Origin: Anaerolineales bacterium
Lineage (GTDB): Bacteria; Chloroflexota; Anaerolineae; Anaerolineales; DRMV01
Length of the DNA: 28,826 nt
Direction: 5' to 3'
Assembly (NCBI GenBank): GCA_015494815.1
Contig: WGAK01000275.1
Location: 1 to 28,826, forward strand
In this document: piece after piece, positions 1 through 6,454 of the stretch
Layout: each line of letters starts with the position of its first letter
Numbering within the stretch: position 1 is the stretch's first letter
Notes under the pieces: model-generated
Databases searched by the model: none
What the model was told of the DNA's origin: nothing
What the model saw: only the letters and a program-made list of their open reading frames with translations
Program-made: the position numbers and the translations under genes

Positions 1-462
1 GAGCCCGCGGACCGCCTGGATGCGTTGCACGACCAATCCCTGGCCGCAGTGGATCGGCAATTCGCGACCTGTCTGGGGCTGTATGTGCTGCGGGAACAAG
101 GCTTGACCCCGCGCGAGATGGTCTTTCAGCCTTCCTGGGTGCAGGTCATTCGGGCCGTCGCCCGGGGGAATGTGCGTTTTGGCCTGCTGTATCAGGATTT
201 CTACGCCGGGCTCAGCGCCTTAAGCCGAGAGCAATTCCGCGTCCTGCACGAGACCCACACCCGCTACGCGACGCACATGCTGCTGCTGCATCCTGAGCGG
301 ACGGCGTGGCGTGAGCCCCTGCGCGCCGTGCTCACCGCGATGCCCGAGGACCCCGAGGGCGCCGCGCTGCTGCGCACGTTGCGCCTGGGGCGCTGGGTGC
401 CCGCGGATGACCTGGGCGCCATTGACCCTATCGTGCAGGTGCCGGTGCCCGGCCGCGTCTGA
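1..462 (+). CDS. 5'-truncated PhnD/phosphonate-binding-like (type 2 periplasmic binding fold) protein
   Basis: Frame is open from base 1 (EPADRLDALHDQ...) to TGA at 460-462. The segments 'SWVQVIRAVARGNVRFGLLY' and 'THMLLLHP...LRAVLTAMPEDPEGAALLRTLRLGRWVP' resemble the C-terminal half of PhnD/SsuA-type binding proteins. Family recognised by eye only. Confidence 0.55.
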   Translation, partial: EPADRLDALHDQSLAAVDRQFATCLGLYVLREQGLTPREMVFQPSWVQVIRAVARGNVRFGLLYQDFYAGLSALSREQFRVLHETHTRYATHMLLLHPERTAWREPLRAVLTAMPEDPEGAALLRTLRLGRWVPADDLGAIDPIVQVPVPGRV

Positions 463-465
463 CCT

Positions 466-1329
466 TCACGCGCCCCAGGCGATGAGCAGCATGGTCAGCA
501 GCATGTAAAGCGACGCGGACTTGAAGAGCAGGAAGTTGCGCTGGGGGGTGGGGCGCAGCGCGTTGGTGAAGGCCAGCAGCGCCAACGCGACCGACAGCAC
601 CACCAGCACGCTCAGCGCGCCGGATGTCAGCCCGATGAGCCCGGCCGCGGCGATGATGGTGCCCGCAGCCAGCACCGCGGCCAGCGCGATGACCGCGTAG
701 GCCACGCGCGAGCCGTAGACGCCGGGCACGGTGGGCACACCGGCTTTGCGGTAGTCGTCGGCATAGCGCAGGGCAAAGGTCACGATGTGGGTGGGAATCC
801 AGAACAGCACGGCCAGGGCCAGCAGCACGCCGATGAGGTCCACTTGCTCCACGGCCAGCGCGCGGCCGGCCAGCACGGGCATGCCGCCCGACAGCCCGCC
901 CCACACGATGGACCACGCGGTGCGGCGTTTGAGCCACAGGGTGTACACCACCACATCCAGGAACCAGCCCGCGAAGACCACCAGCCCATAGAGCGGCGCC
1001 AGGGCCACGGCCAGGCCCACACCCAGCACGGTGAGCAGCAATCCCAGTCGAAGTGCCTCGCGTGGCTGGACCTTGCCTGCGGGCAGCGGCCGCCAGCAGG
1101 TGCGGGCCATACGCGCGTCAATGTCCCGGTCGTACCACATGTTGAGCACCGTGCTGCCCGCGATGGCCAGCCACAGGCTGAGCACCAGGCCCACGGTTTG
1201 GCCCCACGGCCCGCGCGTGCCCGGATGCGCGCTGTAATAGCCGGCCACGCCCGTGGCCAGCAACAGCGCGGTCTGCAAACTCTTGGTCATTTGCCCGTAC
1301 AGGCGCAGGCGAATCCAAAGGTTCCTCAT
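466..1329 (-). CDS. ctaB: Protoheme IX farnesyltransferase (heme O synthase), UbiA family
   Basis: Motifs NMWYDRDIDARMARTCWRPLPAG, YTLWLKRRT..GG..G..P.LAG and FWIPTH...DDYRKAGVP; about 9 hydrophobic segments; RBS AAGGAG upstream. Confidence 0.9.
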   Translation of the reverse strand: MRNLWIRLRLYGQMTKSLQTALLLATGVAGYYSAHPGTRGPWGQTVGLVLSLWLAIAGSTVLNMWYDRDIDARMARTCWRPLPAGKVQPREALRLGLLLTVLGVGLAVALAPLYGLVVFAGWFLDVVVYTLWLKRRTAWSIVWGGLSGGMPVLAGRALAVEQVDLIGVLLALAVLFWIPTHIVTFALRYADDYRKAGVPTVPGVYGSRVAYAVIALAAVLAAGTIIAAAGLIGLTSGALSVLVVLSVALALLAFTNALRPTPQRNFLLFKSASLYMLLTMLLIAWGA

Positions 1330-1360
1330 CGCGCTTCTCCTTCACCGCCGCGCGCGGTCA

Positions 1361-1391
1361 GCGCCGGGGCCGGGCTGCCCGGCCCCGGCGC
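1361..1391. other. Perfect 14-bp GC inverted repeat (intercistronic hairpin) between the FGE-domain gene and ctaB
   Basis: GCGCCGGGGCCGGG-ctg-CCCGGCCCCGGCGC read directly. There is no U-tract, so it is probably an mRNA stability or processing element rather than an intrinsic terminator. Confidence 0.75.
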
Positions 1392-1402
1392 GAATGGAGG
1401 CT

Positions 1403-2320
1403 TCAGGGTGCTTCGCGAACGCAGCGCGCGCCCACCGTGGGCCCGGCGAAATCGGGCGGCGCGAAGTTGCGCCAGGTCGCGCGGGCGTCAATTTCGTAGT
1501 CGGTGAAACTGCCGCCTTTCAGGATGCGCTGGTGGGTTTCTTCGATGTCGTCGGCCACCCATTCCCACACATTGCCGGCCATGTCATACACGCCATACGG
1601 GCTGGCCGCGTCTTCGGTCTGAAAGCCCAGGTAAGTGCCGCCGTTGTAGAAACCCACGGGCGTGGTTTCGCCCAGGCCGCCCCAATACGCTTCGAAGGGG
1701 TCGCGGCTCTTGTAGTAATTGGCGTGCGCCCGGGTGATTTCCCAGCCCCAGGGGTAGGGGCGGCCGTCGGTGCCTCGGGCGGCCTTTTCCCATTCGGCCT
1801 CGAAGGGCAAACGCCCGCCCACCGCGCGGCAGTAGGCCCACGCGCCGAACCAGGTCACATAGGTGGCCGGGTGGTTCTCGAAACCGGCCCGCACGGTGAA
1901 CCGGCCGTCGGTGTAGACCACCTTGGCCCCCACCGCGTCGCGCGGATAGGCCAGATACGCGCCCGGCCCGATTTCTTCTTCGTGTTTGCCGCCCTGGAAG
2001 GGCTCGCCGGGATACTGCACCCAGACGCCGGTGTCGTCCAGGGTCAGGGTGCCGTCGGCCAGACCCTGGTTGAGAAACGCGGCCCATTGCGCATTGGTCA
2101 CGGGGGTGACCATGATTTCGTAGGCCTGCTCCAGCACCACGCGCTCGTTGTGCAGGCCGAACAAGAAGGCCCCGGCCGGAATGCGCACCCACGCGTCGGG
2201 GTCAACGCCGGTGTCCACTGTGGGGACGGAAGTGGGGGGCTGCAGATTGGCGCGGCAGGCCGCGGTCCACACGGCCAGGCCGACCAGCAGCAGCCCGACG
2301 AGGAACCGCTGCGGCTTCAT
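1403..2320 (-). CDS. FGE-sulfatase (SUMF1/NirV-like) domain lipoprotein, 305 aa
   Basis: Start at ATG 2320 overlaps the upstream stop (ATGA). Signal peptide MKPQRFLVGLLLVGLAVWTAAC with lipobox. FGE-domain motifs: WVRIPAGAFLFG, TPVTNAQW, PATYVTWFGAWAYC, GRLPFEAEWEKAARG, YPWG, YGVYDMAGNVWEW, KGGSF, GARC. Confidence 0.82.
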   Translation of the reverse strand: MKPQRFLVGLLLVGLAVWTAACRANLQPPTSVPTVDTGVDPDAWVRIPAGAFLFGLHNERVVLEQAYEIMVTPVTNAQWAAFLNQGLADGTLTLDDTGVWVQYPGEPFQGGKHEEEIGPGAYLAYPRDAVGAKVVYTDGRFTVRAGFENHPATYVTWFGAWAYCRAVGGRLPFEAEWEKAARGTDGRPYPWGWEITRAHANYYKSRDPFEAYWGGLGETTPVGFYNGGTYLGFQTEDAASPYGVYDMAGNVWEWVADDIEETHQRILKGGSFTDYEIDARATWRNFAPPDFAGPTVGARCVREAP

Positions 2321-3813
2321 GGCGTGTCCTCCTCGTACAGGGGCGGGAAGGCCGGTTGTTGCCATTCCGCGTACCAACGCCCTTGCGGCTTGAACAGGTC
2401 CACCAACCGCCAAATCAGGAACGCGGCCAGGGCGACCAGGAACAGCGACAGCGCGATGTCCATGACGATGAGGGTGCGGGCGACCAAAGGCTGTTCCAGG
2501 ATTTCGGGCACGAACACCCGCTTGAGCACCAGCACATTGGCGGCCAAGGTCGCGGTCATGGCGCCCAAGATGACAATCCAGCCCAGCCATTGGCGGGCCT
2601 TCCCCTGCACGCCGGCCAGGTGGAGGTAGTACAGCAGCAAGATGGACGCGATGATGAAGGCCAGGATGTGCCAGTGCCCCACCAGGCCGATTTTCTCCTC
2701 ACGCAGCAGCCAGCGCCGGAACATGTCCAGTTTGATGGCCATGTACACGCCCGGCGCGGTGACCACGATGTTCATGAACAGCATCAACCAGGTCGCACCC
2801 CAGGGCAAGGGGTCGTGCAGCATGGCCTTGAGTTTGGCGCCCAACCCGGCCAGGCGCGGCTCGCGGCCCTGGCGGGCCAGCCCGACCTGGATTTGCCGTC
2901 GCCATACATAGATGGCCAGGAACACCGAGGCAATCATGAGGAAGCCTGCGCCCACGTTGATGACCTTGTGCGCGATGTCGCGGAAAGGCACCACCATCCA
3001 CGCGCCCACGCTGATGATGACCGTGCCGATGATGTTCAGGGGCATGGCCCATTTTTGCGGCCAGCCTTTGAAGTCCACCCAGCGGCTGACGATGAACACC
3101 GCGGCCACCGCGATGTCCACCAGCATGATGTGCAGGTGGCCGACGATGGCCAGTTCCAGCGGGGTGTGGTAGGGGATGCGGATGATGTCTTCGGACAGGA
3201 AGACCTCGAAGCCGTGGCCGTAGAACGAGCCGGGCACCGCGCCGTACACGGCCGAAATCAGCGTGGCCACGGCCATGATGAACACGGCCAACCGTTCACC
3301 ATCCACCCCGCCTTTGAGCCGCCAGTAGGGCGTGTCGGCCGGTAGACGAAAGGCCTTGTCCCAGGGCCACAGGGCCGCGGCCAACACCAGTCCTCCGGCA
3401 AAGATGAGGGATTGCCCGAAGAGGAACAGGCCGTGGAACACCCAGTTGTGGCCCCAATACGCGAAGGCCAGACCGAAAATCATGGCCGACAGATAGCCCA
3501 CGGTGATGAGGATGTGAATCACCAGGCGCAAATTTTCCCGCATGCGATACAGCCCGGTGAGCATGTAGACTTCCACGGCAATGACGGCCATCGCGAACGC
3601 GTGGTACAGGAAAATCAGCCGCCCTTCCCGTTCCGCGGGGTCGAGGTCCATGCCCCACAGACGAATCCAGAAGTCCCGCACGCCCCACTCGGCCATGGGC
3701 CCTGAGAGCATGCCCATGAACGCGGCGGTCAAGGCGATGAGGGCCACGGTGCCCAGCACCAGGCCCCGGGAGGAACCGAAGAGATAGCGCAAACGAGCCG
3801 ATACGCCCTTCAT
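2317..3813 (-). CDS. 12-TM His-rich integral membrane protein (498 aa); heme-copper oxidase/NOR subunit I-like His arrangement; function unknown
   Basis: ATG 3813 with GGAGG RBS. Twelve hydrophobic segments in three 4-helix repeats. His motifs LYHAFAM (H71), GHLHIM (H226/H228), IAHKV (H282), GHWHIL (H380/H382). The CDS is confident; the fold assignment is inference. Confidence 0.8.
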   Translation of the reverse strand: MKGVSARLRYLFGSSRGLVLGTVALIALTAAFMGMLSGPMAEWGVRDFWIRLWGMDLDPAEREGRLIFLYHAFAMAVIAVEVYMLTGLYRMRENLRLVIHILITVGYLSAMIFGLAFAYWGHNWVFHGLFLFGQSLIFAGGLVLAAALWPWDKAFRLPADTPYWRLKGGVDGERLAVFIMAVATLISAVYGAVPGSFYGHGFEVFLSEDIIRIPYHTPLELAIVGHLHIMLVDIAVAAVFIVSRWVDFKGWPQKWAMPLNIIGTVIISVGAWMVVPFRDIAHKVINVGAGFLMIASVFLAIYVWRRQIQVGLARQGREPRLAGLGAKLKAMLHDPLPWGATWLMLFMNIVVTAPGVYMAIKLDMFRRWLLREEKIGLVGHWHILAFIIASILLLYYLHLAGVQGKARQWLGWIVILGAMTATLAANVLVLKRVFVPEILEQPLVARTLIVMDIALSLFLVALAAFLIWRLVDLFKPQGRWYAEWQQPAFPPLYEEDTP

Positions 3814-3834
3814 GGATGACCTCCGCAGGGGAGC

Positions 3835-3869
3835 GGGGCCCGGCTCGGCATGCACGCGGGCCGGGCCCC
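3835..3869. other. GC-rich intercistronic hairpin between the 7-TM and 12-TM genes
   Basis: GGGGCCCGGC (3835-3844) ... GCCGGGCCCC (3860-3869), a 10-bp perfect stem extendable with a G-U pair. Confidence 0.6.
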
Positions 3870-3877
3870 CGAGGTTC

Positions 3878-4504
3878 TCATTTGGCCATCAGGTGCTTGA
3901 CGAAGCCCCAGGCGTAGGCCAGGGTCATCAGCAGCAGCAAGGGGGCCAGGATGGTCAGCACCACGGGCTGGCTGAAGAACAGGAACTGTTTGCCGGCCTT
4001 GAGGAAGGACAGCGCGATGCCGCCCAGGCCGATGAGCACGCCGCCCACGGCCACCAGGGCGAACCCGGCCGGCGCGGCGCTCTGGCTCACGGCCAGCAGC
4101 GGCAGCACGATGATGGTCAGACCGGCGATGCCGTGCACGAAGGGCATGACGAATTTGCCGTAGGTCGCGCCCATGCCGCCCAGGTACACCGCGGCTACGA
4201 GCAGAAAGCCCACCACCGCATAGAGCAGATAGGCTTTGGCCCACTGGGGCTTCAGGTCATACACCAGCCCCGTGGCCAGCCCCAAGGGGATGAGGGTGGT
4301 CACCACCACCACCCACGGCGACCCCAGCAGGTCGTAGCCGAAGGCGATGAGCAACACGCCGGCGACCAGCAGCACGAGGAAGGACAGCATGTAGGCCAGG
4401 TAGGCCGTGCGGGGGGTCTTGTTGTAGGCCTGATAGAGGCGGGCCAGGGCATACAGGGCCACCAGCCCGGTCAGCAAGAGAAGAACGCGGTCCAGCCAGT
4501 TCAT
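3878..4504 (-). CDS. Hypothetical 7-TM membrane protein (208 aa) with a single intramembrane His
   Basis: Strong RBS AAGGAGGT. Seven hydrophobic segments; PFVHGIAG in TM5. Directly downstream of nirS. Confidence 0.8.
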   Translation of the reverse strand: MNWLDRVLLLLTGLVALYALARLYQAYNKTPRTAYLAYMLSFLVLLVAGVLLIAFGYDLLGSPWVVVVTTLIPLGLATGLVYDLKPQWAKAYLLYAVVGFLLVAAVYLGGMGATYGKFVMPFVHGIAGLTIIVLPLLAVSQSAAPAGFALVAVGGVLIGLGGIALSFLKAGKQFLFFSQPVVLTILAPLLLLMTLAYAWGFVKHLMAK

Positions 4505-4547
4505 CTTACACCTCCTTCAGTGGGACAAGCGCGACCGGCGAGGGACG

Positions 4548-4581
4548 AAAAACGAACCAGGGCCCCGTGCGGGGCCCTGGT
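4548..4581 (-). terminator. Intrinsic terminator/attenuator-like hairpin immediately after nirS
   Basis: Minus strand: ACCAGGGCCCC-GCAC-GGGGCCCTGGT (11-bp perfect stem, 4556-4581) followed by TCGTTTTT. Confidence 0.7.
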
Positions 4582-4588
4582 CGGCATT

Positions 4589-6361
4589 TTAGTAGATGTC
4601 GTTCATGGTGTTGTAGACATTGAACTTGCCGGTGGCGGTGGGGAGATTGGGGATGCGGGCGATTTCTTCGAGGGTCGTGGCGTCGTAGACCACCACCTCG
4701 CCCTGCTGCCCTTCGGGGGCGTCAATCTTGCCCCACACGCTCACCCACACCTCGGTGCCGTCCTGGTTGAACTCGAAGTGCACGGCCCGGCCGTAGTCCG
4801 CGACCTCCCAGCACTTCTCGACTTCCAGGGTCTCTTTGTTGATGGCGCACACGCTGCGTTGCTGAGTCTCGTCGTTGCTCAGCGGCGAATCCACGAAGAG
4901 GTAGGGGCTGTTGGGGTGGGTCTTGATGAACAGGTTGCCGGCAGCGGGCAGTTCGACCCGGGCGACCTCCTTCCAGGCATAGTCGGGGTGGCCTTCGGGG
5001 TCAACGCCGATGATGGAGATGAAGTTATCGCCCAGGTGCCCCGTGGCCCACACCGGGCCATACTCCGGATGCACCCAGTTGGCGCCCCGGCCGGGGTGCG
5101 GCTTGGTGCCCACGGGCACGATGGCTTCGATTTTCTCTTCCTCGGTGTTGACCACCACAATCTTGTTACGCATGTTGGCCGCCACCAGGAAGTACGGGCT
5201 CAGGCCCACGCGCTCGGTGCCGTCCCACTCCATGGCCCAACCGCCGTCGTGCAAGAAGCGCTCGGCTTCGAGCATGCGGATGGTGGGGTTGTTGGGGTCG
5301 CTGTAGTCCACCAGCCAGACCTGGCCGGTTTCCTTCACATTGACCACCCACTGCGGCCGGGCATGCGAGGCCACGATGCTGGCCACCCGCGGCTCGGGGT
5401 GATATTCCTCGGTGTCATAGGTGTAACTGCGGGTGCTGACGACCTTGAAGGGCTCCAGGGTCTGCCCGTCGAGGATGACGAAGTGCGGCGGCCAGTAGCA
5501 GCCCACGATGGCGTACTTGTCCTCGTAGCCCGCGTATTTGCTGGTGTCCACCGAGCGGGCGTCGTAGCACACCTTGACCTTGGCCACCAGGTCGGGCGTT
5601 TCCATCCACAAGTCAATCAGGCCCACTTTGCCGTCCCGGCCGATGGTGTACACATAGCGGCCGCTCTTGGACATGCGCACGATGTGGGTGGCGTAGCCGC
5701 TCTCGACGATGTTGACCACCTCTTTGGTGTCGCCGTCAATGATGGCCACTTTGCCCGCGTCCCGCAGGATGACCACGAAGAAGTTCTGCCAGTTGCGGTC
5801 ATGCTGGGGCTCGGTGGGCCGTTCCTCGGGCGGCACCAGCACTTCCCAGGACTCCTTCATCTGTTCCAGGGACATCTCCGGCGGCATGGGCGGGTCCATC
5901 TGGATGTACTTGGCCATGAGTTCGGTCTCGGCCTCGGTCAACACACCCTGCTTGCCCCAGTCGGGCATGCCGCGCGAAGTGCCGTTGAAGATGATGGAGG
6001 CCAGGTTGGTGGTGCCCAGGCGGCGGGTGTTCTCCGGCTCCAGGCTGGGGCCGGTGGCGCCCTTGCGCAGCACGCCGTGGCAGCCCGCGCAGCGGTCGAA
6101 GTAGATTTGCTTGGCCTTGGCGAACTCTTCGTCGCTCAGCGTGATTTCGTCCGTAGCCGCGGCCTCGGTGGCCTCGGGCGTGGCTTCGGCTTCGGGCGTG
6201 GCCTCCACCGTCACCACCACCGTCTTGACGACTTCCACCGTCTTGACCACTTCGCGTACCTCGGGCGTGGCCGCGGCCTGCCCGCCGCAGGCCGTGAGCA
6301 CCGCGCCCGCCAGCGCAGCAACCAACAACACGAGCATCCAACGCAACGATGATTTGTGCAT
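4589..6361 (-). CDS. nirS: Cytochrome cd1 nitrite reductase, lipoprotein-anchored (590 aa)
   Basis: Heme c site RCAGCHGVLRKGATG, Met ligand GMPDWG, d1 proximal His GYATHIVRMSKSGRY, distal His FLHDGGW and KPHPGRGAN, ARSV, and C-terminal TGKFNVYNT..DIY. Start placed at ATG 6361 (RBS AAGGAG), giving signal peptide MHKSSLRWMLVLLVAALAGAVLTAC. Confidence 0.95.
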   Translation of the reverse strand: MHKSSLRWMLVLLVAALAGAVLTACGGQAAATPEVREVVKTVEVVKTVVVTVEATPEAEATPEATEAAATDEITLSDEEFAKAKQIYFDRCAGCHGVLRKGATGPSLEPENTRRLGTTNLASIIFNGTSRGMPDWGKQGVLTEAETELMAKYIQMDPPMPPEMSLEQMKESWEVLVPPEERPTEPQHDRNWQNFFVVILRDAGKVAIIDGDTKEVVNIVESGYATHIVRMSKSGRYVYTIGRDGKVGLIDLWMETPDLVAKVKVCYDARSVDTSKYAGYEDKYAIVGCYWPPHFVILDGQTLEPFKVVSTRSYTYDTEEYHPEPRVASIVASHARPQWVVNVKETGQVWLVDYSDPNNPTIRMLEAERFLHDGGWAMEWDGTERVGLSPYFLVAANMRNKIVVVNTEEEKIEAIVPVGTKPHPGRGANWVHPEYGPVWATGHLGDNFISIIGVDPEGHPDYAWKEVARVELPAAGNLFIKTHPNSPYLFVDSPLSNDETQQRSVCAINKETLEVEKCWEVADYGRAVHFEFNQDGTEVWVSVWGKIDAPEGQQGEVVVYDATTLEEIARIPNLPTATGKFNVYNTMNDIY

Positions 6362-6405
6362 GGTCTCGTCTCCTTGCACTGTGGAATGAGAAAGTAGGTG
6401 CTTTC

Positions 6406-6448
6406 AGTGTAACGCGAGGTTGTGAGGCGTTCTGTGACGCGTGTCACA
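6406..6448 (-). promoter_or_regulatory. Class II CRP-family-activated promoter of the nirS operon
   Basis: Perfect palindromic box TGTGA-CGCGTG-TCACA at 6433-6448 and minus-strand -10 TACACT at 6406-6411. If +1 is about 6399, the box centre (6440.5) lies at -41.5. Confidence 0.8.
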
Positions 6449-6454
6449 TAAAAA

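Noticed and set aside
2321-2590. Longer ORF-track starts for the FGE gene (2590), 12-TM gene (3855), nirS (6379), recN (13922), DUF389 gene (13228) and oppB (19948)
   Set aside because: The extensions overlap neighbouring genes, promoters or RBS elements; downstream ATGs have proper RBSs and give sensible N-termini.
2317-3813. Calling the 12-TM protein heme A synthase (CtaA), NnrS, or canonical NorB/qNOR/COX1
   Set aside because: It lacks the CtaA EWxHR motifs and 8-TM layout, the NnrS HxHEM motif, and the HH pair plus HLWVE/HPEVY signatures of NorB/COX1. Left as unassigned HCO-like.
3878-4504. 7-TM protein as a microbial rhodopsin or oxidase subunit III
   Set aside because: No DxxxK retinal-binding motif in helix 7 and no YWHFVD-type COX3/NorE motif.
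6160-6260. Short repeats in the nirS linker and the PTE/PT repeats at 14400-14590 and 17295-17400 as CRISPR or mobile-element repeats
   Set aside because: In-frame low-complexity coding linkers with no unique spacers, cas genes or transposase.
4589-6361. Possibility that the cd1 gene is the paralog nirN or nirF rather than nirS
   Set aside because: All NirS catalytic His motifs, the RKGATG heme c context and the FNVYNT C-terminus are present.
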